Shown here: in pieces, positions 9,129 to 16,991 of the stretch | Position numbering within the stretch: position 1 is the first letter of the stretch | Layout: every line of letters begins with the position of its first letter | Assembly (NCBI GenBank): GCA_028870845.1 | Contig: JAGWOR010000008.1 | Coordinates: 5,303 to 69,302, forward strand | Source: Gammaproteobacteria bacterium | Lineage (GTDB): Bacteria > Pseudomonadota > Gammaproteobacteria > Natronospirales > REEB76 | Length of the DNA stretch: 64,000 nt | Direction of reading: 5' to 3' | The notes under the pieces: model-generated | Database searches by the model: none | The model's input: only the letters and a program-made list of their open reading frames with translations | Told to the model about the DNA's origin: nothing | Program-made: the position numbers and the translations under genes

Positions 9129-11471
9129 TTAGCCGGCGGACATGATCCCGTTGAGCAGGCGCTGTTTGATGAAATCCAGCAGCAGCAGGTACACCACCAC
9201 CGACACCAGGGTTGCGGCGAGCACATTCAAGGTCAGCGGCGCCATCAGGATCCCCGCCCTGGCGAGCGTCAGAACCACCGCGATGTCCACGCCGGAGGCC
9301 AGCAGCAGCCAGCGGCTGGGACGCGAACTCCAGAACGGCCCATGGCATCTGAGCAGATACACCATGCCCTGGCCGGTCAGCACCAGGATGACGAACACCA
9401 GCGTCTGCACCTGCGCCAGCGGCAGGTGCAGACGGTCGCGGGCGATGAACAGCGCGCTGAAGGAAAACACCAGCACCAGCGCGGCCAGGATCGCGCCCAC
9501 CGCCATCATCCGGGCCACGTCCCAGCGGTCCGGTACCGGGGAATACGTCACGTGGTCGGTGGCGATGGACATGGTGACGAAATCATTGGTGAACAAGAGC
9601 AGCACGATCAACACCGGCGTCACGATCAGTTCCCGGGTCAGCATCACCCCCAGGGTCAGGAACACGCCGATCTCGATCGCTTTGATGATCTTGTTGAGCG
9701 TGTAGGTCAACATGCGCTGGTAGATGCGGCGGCTCGTCTCGACTGCCGCCACGGCATTGGACAAGCCGGGGACGGTGAGTACGATGCTGGCAGCAGCTTT
9801 AGCCACGTCAGTGGCGCTGGCAACGGCGATGCCCACCTCTGCCTGCTTGAGCGCCGGCGCATCATTGACTCCGTCACCGGTCATGCCGGCCACATGCCCG
9901 TGTTGCTGCAGCCAGCGCACCAGCCGGAATTTATCTTCCGGAACCACGCCGGCAAAAATGTCGTAATCCAGCGGATCGCCGGCCGCACTGTCGCGCAGGG
10001 CTTCACCGCCGGCCGTGCGGGTGCCGAGGCCCAGTTGCCGGGCGACGGTTTGTGCGGTGGCGGCGCTGTCGCCGGTGATCATCACGAGGCGCACGCCGAG
10101 GTTTTTGAGCGCACGCAGGGTGTCGGCCGAATCCGCGCGGGGCGGGTCCTCCAGGCCGAGCAGCCCCGCGAATTGGGCCAGATCCCCGGTCTGCTTTGCC
10201 ACCGCCAGTACGCGGTAACCAAGCCCGGCGAGCCGCGCCACGTCCGCCTGGACAGCCGGGTTTCCCGTCAGCGGGGCGATCACCTGCACGGCGCCCTTCA
10301 TGGCGGTATGGGATACGCCGTCTTGCTCGAAGACCGCAGCGGAACGCTTGCTGGCGGGATCGAACGGTATGAATTGCTTGCGAGCGCTGCCCTGGCTGGC
10401 AGCGGCGCCGGCCGCCGCCAGCACCGCCAGGTCGATGGGATCCTGGGTGGAAGCGTCGCTGGCCAGCGCCGCCAGTCGCAGCAGCTCGGCGCGATCGAAC
10501 GGCGCCACCGGTTCCGCCGCCATCAGAGTCAGGCGGTTTTCCGTGAGCGTGCCGGTCTTGTCGCACGCCAGCACATCCATGGCCGCCGCTTCCTCGATGG
10601 CGCCCAGGTGGGTGACCAGCACGCCCCGGGCCGAGAGTTCCCGCGCGCCCAGGGCCGTGGCCAGCGTGAACGTGGCGGGCAGCGCCGCCGGCACGGCGGC
10701 CACCAGTAAAATCAGCGCGAATGGCGCGATTTCCTGCAAGGGGAAATGCGTGACGGCGGCGAACACTACCAGCCCCGCGATCAGCGCGCCGTCCAGCAGC
10801 AAGAGATAACGCACGATCCTGAAAATCAGCTGTCCCAGGTGGCTGCCGGCCCTGGCGGTGCGCACCAGTTCCGCCGTCCGACCGAAGTAGGTGCGGGCGC
10901 CGGTGGCGCTCACGGTGCCCGTGGCCTCGCCGTGCTGGATGACGCTGCCGGCGTAGGTGGTGTCGCCGGTGCGTTTTTCCACCGGCCGCGATTCCCCCGT
11001 GAGGGTCGACTGGTCGGCGCGCAGTTCGCCCGCATCCAACGCCACGTCGGCCGGGGCGATATCTCCCATGCGCAGATGCACGCGATCGCCGGGCACCAGC
11101 TCGTCGGCTTGCACCAGCTTCCAGGCGTGGTCGCGAAACACCCGGGCCTGCACCACCAGGCGGCTCTTGAGCAGCGCCAGGGCCTGATTGGCACGACGTT
11201 CCTGAAAATGGCTCAGCAGGACGTTGAATACCAAGAGCGCGCCGATGACCGCCGCTTCCACTGTCCTGGCCAGCGCCAGTTCCAGCACCATGGCCAGTTC
11301 GAGCATCCAGGGTATGGGCGCCCAGAATTTCTTGAGCAGGTCCAATAGCGGATGGCCGGCGGCCTGCGCGATGCGGTTGGGGCCATACTGCGCCAGGCGA
11401 AGCCGGGCCTGTTCGCTGCTGAGACCGGAGCCTGGAGCCTTCGTTCCGGACAGCATGTCTTGGGCTGCCAT
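9129..11471 (-). CDS. P-type ATPase, type IIIA plasma-membrane H+-ATPase-like
   Basis: I trimmed the ORF to the ATG at 11471. CDKTGTLTENRL phosphorylation site, MITGDSAAT, GMTGDGVNDAPALKQAEVGIAV. The N-terminal GLSSEQARLRLAQYGPNRI and the block FAGVVPEDKFRLV...GDGVNDAPALKQAEVGIAVASATDVAKAAASIVLTVPGLS align closely with plant and fungal H+-ATPases as I recall them. Confidence 0.85.
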   Translation of the reverse strand: MAAQDMLSGTKAPGSGLSSEQARLRLAQYGPNRIAQAAGHPLLDLLKKFWAPIPWMLELAMVLELALARTVEAAVIGALLVFNVLLSHFQERRANQALALLKSRLVVQARVFRDHAWKLVQADELVPGDRVHLRMGDIAPADVALDAGELRADQSTLTGESRPVEKRTGDTTYAGSVIQHGEATGTVSATGARTYFGRTAELVRTARAGSHLGQLIFRIVRYLLLLDGALIAGLVVFAAVTHFPLQEIAPFALILLVAAVPAALPATFTLATALGARELSARGVLVTHLGAIEEAAAMDVLACDKTGTLTENRLTLMAAEPVAPFDRAELLRLAALASDASTQDPIDLAVLAAAGAAASQGSARKQFIPFDPASKRSAAVFEQDGVSHTAMKGAVQVIAPLTGNPAVQADVARLAGLGYRVLAVAKQTGDLAQFAGLLGLEDPPRADSADTLRALKNLGVRLVMITGDSAATAQTVARQLGLGTRTAGGEALRDSAAGDPLDYDIFAGVVPEDKFRLVRWLQQHGHVAGMTGDGVNDAPALKQAEVGIAVASATDVAKAAASIVLTVPGLSNAVAAVETSRRIYQRMLTYTLNKIIKAIEIGVFLTLGVMLTRELIVTPVLIVLLLFTNDFVTMSIATDHVTYSPVPDRWDVARMMAVGAILAALVLVFSFSALFIARDRLHLPLAQVQTLVFVILVLTGQGMVYLLRCHGPFWSSRPSRWLLLASGVDIAVVLTLARAGILMAPLTLNVLAATLVSVVVYLLLLDFIKQRLLNGIMSAG

Positions 11472-11552
11472 GGATGCAGGCCTGTGAGTTCGGAGTTGCG
11501 GTGCGCTGAGTCTACCCTGAATGCCGGGGTATCGCGGCAATGCCGGTTTCTG

Positions 11553-11566
11553 CTGACGCAGATCAA
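11553..11566. promoter_or_regulatory. FNR/Anr-type box CTGACGCAGATCAA in the divergent ATPase / ABC-2 intergenic region
   Basis: TGAC-N4-ATCAA dyad. TAGTCT hexamer (11588-11593) is 31 bp from the box centre on the + strand, pointing at the ABC operon. Confidence 0.4.
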
Positions 11567-11612
11567 TGAACGGCGCGCCCTTGTGCGTAGTCTGTTGCGG
11601 GTTGGCGGACGC

Positions 11613-12455
11613 ATGCATTCCGCAGCTGGATTGACGCCTTCGAGGCATTCCGTGGCACAGATCCCATCTATCGAGACGCGGCAGCTCACCCGGCGGTTTG
11701 GAGCCCGGCTGGCCGTGGACAACCTGGACCTGCAGGTCGCGGCGGGGGAGATTTTCGGCTTATTGGGCCCGAACGGCGCCGGCAAAACCACGACCATAAG
11801 AATGCTCACCACCCTGTTGCAGCCCACTTCGGGCGACGCGCGGGTGGCCGGATTTGATCTGCGGCATGAAGCATTTGAAGTGCGCCGCCATATCGGCTAC
11901 GTCCCTCAAATGCTGTCTGCGGACCCGGAGCTGACCGGATATGAAAATCTCCTGTTGTTTTCCAAGCTGTATCGCGTGCCGGCCTCGGAACGGAAACCGC
12001 GCATTGCGGAAGCGCTGGATTTCATGCAGATCACCGATTCGGCAAATAAATTGGTGCGGCATTATTCCGGCGGTATGATCCGAAGACTGGAAATCGCCCA
12101 ATCGCTGGTAAACCGTCCGGACATCCTGTTCCTCGATGAACCGACCGTGGGTCTGGATCCGACGGGCCGGCACTCCGTATGGGAACGCTTGCAGGCCCTC
12201 TGGAAGAAATGGAATACGACGATACTCATGACCACCCACTATATGGACGAGGCCGAGGCGCTGTGCCATCGAGTCGCATTTATTCAGCTGGGCCGCATCA
12301 TGGAGCTAGGCACGCCGGCTGAACTCAAGGCCAAGCTTGGTCCCGGCGCCACCCTTGATGATGTCTTTATCCATCTCAGCGGATCTGAACAGCAGGAAGC
12401 CGATGGTTTCCATTCAACCATTGGCGAGCGGAGGTCCATACAACGTCATGGCTAG
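11613..12455 (+). CDS. ABC transporter ATP-binding protein (DrrA/ABC-2 exporter type)
   Basis: Walker A GPNGAGKTTT, signature YSGGMIRRLEIA, Walker B ILFLDEPTVGLD. I trimmed ORF 11352.. to the ATG at 11613. The GTG at 11652, preceded by GAGG, is an equally good or better start. Confidence 0.85.
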   Translation: MHSAAGLTPSRHSVAQIPSIETRQLTRRFGARLAVDNLDLQVAAGEIFGLLGPNGAGKTTTIRMLTTLLQPTSGDARVAGFDLRHEAFEVRRHIGYVPQMLSADPELTGYENLLLFSKLYRVPASERKPRIAEALDFMQITDSANKLVRHYSGGMIRRLEIAQSLVNRPDILFLDEPTVGLDPTGRHSVWERLQALWKKWNTTILMTTHYMDEAEALCHRVAFIQLGRIMELGTPAELKAKLGPGATLDDVFIHLSGSEQQEADGFHSTIGERRSIQRHG

Positions 12456-13239
12456 CTTGATCATCCGCTTTAGCGACGGCATGGCGCAGATTCTGGCGGT
12501 TGCCGAGGCTGAAGTGCGCAAGCTGATCCACGATCCGCTGGAGCTGATAACACGGGCGATCCAACCTGTGCTGTGGCTGGGCGTGTTCGGCCAGGTGATG
12601 GGAAAGCTCAGGGGCATCCCTGCCGGCAATCTTTCCTACGAGGATTTTCTTGCTCCCGGCATACTTGCCCAGAGCGTTACCTTCATCGCCATTTTCTACG
12701 GCATCGCCGCCATCTGGGAGCGCGATTCCGGAGTACTCACAAAATATCTGGTCAGTCCGGCGCCGCGTTGGACTCTGGTGCTCGGCAAGGCCATGGGCAG
12801 CGGCGTGCGCAGCCTGACGCAAGCGGTGATCGTATTCGTGCTGGCGATGCTGCTCGGAGTGCATGTACGATTGGAAATTGCTTCCATGGCTGGGTTGGCG
12901 GCATTTTGCCTGCTCGGGGCAGCGATATTTTCCACGTTTTCCCTGATCATCGCCTGCATCGTGCAGACCCGCGAACGCTTCATGGGCATCGGCCAGCTGC
13001 TGACCATGCCGCTGTTTTTCGCCAGCAACGCCATTTACCCCCTGCAGTTGATGCCGGAGTGGCTGCGCCTGATCGCCAGGGCCAATCCGCTCACCTATCT
13101 CGTGGACGCCATGCGTGCCCTGATGTGCGTGGGCGCCGGGAGCAGCTACGGTCTGTCCACGGACTTCACCATCCTGGCGCTGGTACTTCTGGTATTGACA
13201 GGCGTTGCTGCCCGAATTTACCCGGCGATTCTCCGCTGA
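12448..13239 (+). CDS. ABC-2 type transporter permease
   Basis: Six hydrophobic segments. The start at 12448 overlaps the ATPase stop by 8 nt, suggesting translational coupling. Confidence 0.8.
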   Translation: MASLIIRFSDGMAQILAVAEAEVRKLIHDPLELITRAIQPVLWLGVFGQVMGKLRGIPAGNLSYEDFLAPGILAQSVTFIAIFYGIAAIWERDSGVLTKYLVSPAPRWTLVLGKAMGSGVRSLTQAVIVFVLAMLLGVHVRLEIASMAGLAAFCLLGAAIFSTFSLIIACIVQTRERFMGIGQLLTMPLFFASNAIYPLQLMPEWLRLIARANPLTYLVDAMRALMCVGAGSSYGLSTDFTILALVLLVLTGVAARIYPAILR

Positions 13240-13341
13240 AGCCGGCGGGCCGGATGGCGGCAAGCCGTATGGGGCGGGGTGCAGCCGCTCTCGTTATGTC
13301 CTGCCGGGCATCAATCTCCAGCCCTATACCGGCCCGGACCG

Positions 13342-13355
13342 TTGACCTGCGTCAA
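13342..13355. promoter_or_regulatory. FNR/Anr-type box TTGACCTGCGTCAA upstream of the CBS gene
   Basis: Perfect TTGAC-N4-GTCAA dyad. TATGCT hexamer (13378-13383) is centred 32 bp from the box centre. Confidence 0.5.
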
Positions 13356-13472
13356 TGTGCTGCGCACGCGCCGGACTTATGCTTTTGATTGCATGGATAG
13401 GCTGTCCGGAAATCCAGTGGCGGTCAGGGTGACGGCTGCTGGGACCGGCAAAAGCAACAGGAGTGATACGCA

Positions 13473-13922
13473 ATGAGCATTGGAAAAATCTGCACGCGCA
13501 CGGTCATCGTGATCGACAGGAACGAGTCAGCCACCGAAGCCGCCAAACTGATGCGCCAGCATCACGTGGGCGATCTGGTTGTGGTCAATGAGCGGGACGA
13601 GGTGCGCAAGCCCTTGGGCGTCGTTACCGACCGCGACATCGTGGTCAGCGTAGTGGCGCTTGGGGTGGTGCCCGAAAAGATCACCGTCGGCGACATCATG
13701 TCCTCCAAGGCGCACGTGGCGCGCGAGGACGAAGACGAGCTGGAAGTCGCGGAACGCATGCGCGGTCTGGGCGTGCGCCGTGTTCCGGTGGTGGATACCC
13801 GCGGCGCACTGGTCGGCATCATCGCCATGGACGACCTGCTGGAGCATCTGTCCGAGGGTCTGGACAGCATCGCCCATATCCACGAACGGCAACGCGAGCA
13901 CGAGGCCTCAGCGCGCCGCTGA
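13473..13922 (+). CDS. CBS domain-pair protein
   Basis: Two CBS repeats (HHVGDLVVVNE..., GVRRVPVVDTRGALVGIIAMDDLL). AGGAG-like RBS upstream. Confidence 0.85.
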   Translation: MSIGKICTRTVIVIDRNESATEAAKLMRQHHVGDLVVVNERDEVRKPLGVVTDRDIVVSVVALGVVPEKITVGDIMSSKAHVAREDEDELEVAERMRGLGVRRVPVVDTRGALVGIIAMDDLLEHLSEGLDSIAHIHERQREHEASARR

Positions 13923-14007
13923 AGACGAGAAAAGCGTGATGATCCCCGCGCGCGCCGTAGTAGCGGGGCTGTGGCAACGATTTGCTTCAAACACGACTAG
14001 GCTGCGG

Positions 14008-14021
14008 ATGATCCAGATCAG
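14008..14021. promoter_or_regulatory. FNR/Anr-type box ATGATCCAGATCAG upstream of the HPF-like gene
   Basis: TGAT-N4-ATCA core dyad. TAAGGT hexamer (14043-14048) is centred 31 bp from the box centre. Confidence 0.4.
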
Positions 14022-14080
14022 TGCATCTTCCAAGGCAGGCGTTAAGGTAGGTATGCGTCTGTAATTTAAACAGGTGGGTC

Positions 14081-14470
14081 ATGGCTATTCCGGTACAAAT
14101 AACCTTTCGCGAAATGTCAGCTTCCGAGGCGCTGCGCGCCAACATCGAGACTCATGCGCAAAAGCTGGAACGCTTCTCCGGCAACATCCTCGGCTGCCAT
14201 GTGGTGGTGGAACCGGCCGGCCGCCATCACCACAAGGGCAACGCCTATCAGGTGCATATCCAGGTGAGCGTTCCGGGACGCGACATCCAGGTGAGCCGCG
14301 ATGCCTATGCGCAGCGTCGCTCCTCAGAGGATCCCTATGTGGTGATCCGCGACATGTTCGACGCCGCCAGGCGCCAGCTTGAAGATTACGAACGCAAGCG
14401 CAGGGGCGACGTCAAGCGCCATACCCTGCTGCAAGGGACTGAGGGAACCGCTGAGGAAAGTTCCGAATAA
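14081..14470 (+). CDS. HPF/RaiA family ribosome-associated (hibernation-type) protein
   Basis: Sequence of the sigma-54 modulation / S30EA family style (VQITFREMSASEALRANIETHAQKLERF ... YQVHIQVSVPGRDI ... DPYVVIRDMFDAARRQLEDY). Confidence 0.7.
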   Translation: MAIPVQITFREMSASEALRANIETHAQKLERFSGNILGCHVVVEPAGRHHHKGNAYQVHIQVSVPGRDIQVSRDAYAQRRSSEDPYVVIRDMFDAARRQLEDYERKRRGDVKRHTLLQGTEGTAEESSE

Positions 14471-14520
14471 ACCGGCGGCCATACGCCAGGCCGCTGGCGC
14501 TAATTACAGGAGGTATATCC

Positions 14521-14808
14521 ATGTCCGCATATATCATCATGACCCGGTTTGCGCCCGCGGCATTCAAAACCCCATCCGAGTTCAAGCAGGCATCGGCGGC
14601 GCTTACCGAGACGCTCAAACGCGAGTGTCCACGCGTCCACTGGAAGGCCAGCTACGCCACCCTCGGACATTACGATGTCGTCGATGTGGTGGATGCCGAG
14701 GATCCGGCGGATGTGCATCGCGCCGCGGTGCTCATCAATACCTACGGACACGCGACCACCGAAACCATGAAAGCCACCCCCTGGCGCGAATACATGGAAA
14801 AAATCTAA
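14521..14808 (+). CDS. GYD domain-containing protein
   Basis: 95 aa. MSAYIIMTRF ... ATLGHYDVVDVVDAEDPADVHRAAVLINTYGHATTETMKA matches the GYD family pattern. GGAGG RBS upstream. Confidence 0.8.
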   Translation: MSAYIIMTRFAPAAFKTPSEFKQASAALTETLKRECPRVHWKASYATLGHYDVVDVVDAEDPADVHRAAVLINTYGHATTETMKATPWREYMEKI

Positions 14809-14834
14809 TCCGGTACCGCGACGGGAACATCCCG

Positions 14835-16898
14835 ATGTCCGGGAATGGCAACAATTTTCTTAACTGCTACAGCCACGGTTTCGCGCGCGCGGCCGTGGCC
14901 ATCCCCGAGGTACGGGTTGCCGATCCAGAGTTCAACACAGCCCAAACACTGGCGCTGATGCAACAGGCGGCCGATGGCGGGGCGCTGCTGGTGGCATTTC
15001 CCGAACTGGGGTTATCCGCCTACACCTGCGACGACCTGTTTCATCAGCAGGCGCTGCTGGAAAGCTGCGTGGCCGGACTCGGGGAAATCGCGGCAGTGTC
15101 CGGGCAGCTGCCCCTGGCCGCCGTGGTCGGCGTGCCGTTGCGCTTCAACGGCCTGCTGTTCAACTGTGCCGCAGTGGTTGCACAGGGCCGCATACTCGGC
15201 ATAGTGCCCAAAAGCTTCCAGCCGAACTATCGCGAATATTACGAGCAGCGTTATTTCGCATCCGGGTACGCGGCTTACTGGAACGAGGTGGAGCTGTGTG
15301 GACAGACGCGAATCCCGTTTGGCTCGCAACTGCTGTTCCGCACACCAGCCCAGCCATGGTTGGTTTTCCATGTGGAGATCTGTGAGGACCTGTGGGTGCC
15401 GATCCCACCGTCCTCCTACGCCGCACTGGCGGGAGCCACCGTATTGGTCAACCTGTCTGCGTCCAATGCCACCGTGGCCAAGGCTGAATACCGCCGGGAG
15501 CTTGTGGATAACCAGTCGGCGCGCTGCATGGCCGCTTATATATATAGTGCCTCCGGCTACGGAGAATCCACCACCGACCTGGCCTGGGACGGACATGGGA
15601 TGATCTACGAGAATGGCGTGCAACTGGCTGAAGCCGAACGTTTCCGCTACGGTTCGCAGCTCATCACCGCCGACATCGACCTGGAACGGCTGATTCACGA
15701 CCGCACCCAGCAGAACAGCTTTGCCCAGTCGGTGCAGCACCACACGCAGCTGCTGGCAGGTTTTCGAAGCATCGAGGTATCGCTGCCAGTGCCGCCGGGG
15801 CAGCGGCTGGATTTGCAGCGCCGTATTGAACGTTTTCCCTACATTCCAGCCGATCTGGCGCACCGCGGCGAGCGTTGCCGGGAAATCTATGAAATCCAGG
15901 TGCAGGGCCTGGTTAAACGATTGCGCGCCATGCATTCGGATAAGGTTGTGATCGGTGTATCCGGAGGCCTGGATTCGACCCAGGGTTTGCTGGTGTGTTG
16001 CCGTGCCATGGACGTGATGCGCCTGCCGCGCGCCAATATTCTCGCCTACACCCTGCCGGGCTTTGGCACCAGCGAGCGCACGCTGCAACAGGCACGTGTG
16101 CTCATGCAGGCGGTGGGCGTCAGTGCCCATGAAATCGACATCCGCGATGCCTGCATGCAGATGTTCAGGAACATCGGCCATCCCTATGCCAGCGGCCAAC
16201 CGGTCTACGACACCAGCTTCGAGAACGTGCAAGCCGGCGAGCGCACCAGCCTGCTGTTCCGGCTGGCAAACCAGCTGCACGCTCCGGTGGTGGGCACCAG
16301 CGATCTGAGCGAGCTGGCGCTAGGATGGTGCACCTACGGAGTCGGCGACCAGATGGCCCACTACCATGTGAATGCCAGCGTGCCAAAAACCCTGATCCAG
16401 CATCTGATCCGCTGGGTGGCCGAGAGCAATTTGCTGGGCGGGGAGCTGGCGTCGTTGCTGCAGGATGTGCTGGCAACCCGCATCAGCCCGGAACTGATAC
16501 CCGGGGAGCAGAACCACCAGCCGGTACAGCGCACCGAAGGCGTGACCGGGCCGTATGAATTGCAGGATTTCAATCTCTATTACCTCCTGCGCTTCGGTTA
16601 CGCCCCGGAGAAGGTGGCCTACCTTGCCTGGGCGGCGTGGCGTGACCGCACCTCCGGCGAGTGGCCGGACATACCGCAAAACCTGCGCCATCAATACACA
16701 CTGGCGGAAATCAAACACTGGCTTAAGGTGTTCGTGCGGCGCTTTTTCGAACAAACCCAGTACAAGCGCAGCTGCATCGCCAATGCGCCCAAAGTGGGTT
16801 CCGGCGGTTCGCTTTCACCGCGCGGCGATTACCGAGCACCCAGCGACAGCCAGGCAGCCGCCTGGCTGGCGAGCGTCGAACGCATTCCGGCGGACTGA
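14835..16898 (+). CDS. nadE: Glutamine-dependent NAD+ synthetase, long two-domain form
   Basis: I trimmed ORF 14379.. to the ATG at 14835. N-terminal CN-hydrolase domain (AFPELGLSAYTCDDLF, EICEDLW) and C-terminal synthetase domain (GVSGGLDS, SDLSELALGWCTYG). Confidence 0.9.
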   Translation: MSGNGNNFLNCYSHGFARAAVAIPEVRVADPEFNTAQTLALMQQAADGGALLVAFPELGLSAYTCDDLFHQQALLESCVAGLGEIAAVSGQLPLAAVVGVPLRFNGLLFNCAAVVAQGRILGIVPKSFQPNYREYYEQRYFASGYAAYWNEVELCGQTRIPFGSQLLFRTPAQPWLVFHVEICEDLWVPIPPSSYAALAGATVLVNLSASNATVAKAEYRRELVDNQSARCMAAYIYSASGYGESTTDLAWDGHGMIYENGVQLAEAERFRYGSQLITADIDLERLIHDRTQQNSFAQSVQHHTQLLAGFRSIEVSLPVPPGQRLDLQRRIERFPYIPADLAHRGERCREIYEIQVQGLVKRLRAMHSDKVVIGVSGGLDSTQGLLVCCRAMDVMRLPRANILAYTLPGFGTSERTLQQARVLMQAVGVSAHEIDIRDACMQMFRNIGHPYASGQPVYDTSFENVQAGERTSLLFRLANQLHAPVVGTSDLSELALGWCTYGVGDQMAHYHVNASVPKTLIQHLIRWVAESNLLGGELASLLQDVLATRISPELIPGEQNHQPVQRTEGVTGPYELQDFNLYYLLRFGYAPEKVAYLAWAAWRDRTSGEWPDIPQNLRHQYTLAEIKHWLKVFVRRFFEQTQYKRSCIANAPKVGSGGSLSPRGDYRAPSDSQAAAWLASVERIPAD

Positions 16899-16902
16899 CG
16901 GC

Positions 16903-16916
16903 CTGACCCAGGTCAA
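16903..16916. promoter_or_regulatory. FNR/Anr-type box CTGACCCAGGTCAA upstream of the FtsH paralogue
   Basis: TGAC-N4-GTCAA dyad starting 5 nt after the nadE stop. TAGGCT hexamer (16939-16944) is centred 32 bp from the box centre. Confidence 0.45.
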
Positions 16917-16991
16917 TGCAGCCACTGACCGGCAGTTCTAGGCTCACAACAGGATCAATTCCGTGCGTCGCGCACGGTAGGCAGGACAGGT

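Noticed and set aside
9048-10709. 553-aa ORF on the plus strand
   Set aside because: It lies antisense to the P-type ATPase, whose DKTGT/GDGVNDAPAL motifs settle the coding strand. The ORF is Arg/Gly/His/Gln-rich low complexity.
14379-14834. Long N-terminal extension of nadE (839-aa ORF) overlapping the HPF-like and GYD genes
   Set aside because: The extension overlaps two independently supported genes in other frames. The conserved NadE sequence begins at the ATG at 14835.
15012-16280. 422-aa ORF on the minus strand
   Set aside because: It lies antisense to nadE and has no recognisable domain. It is a high-GC artefact.
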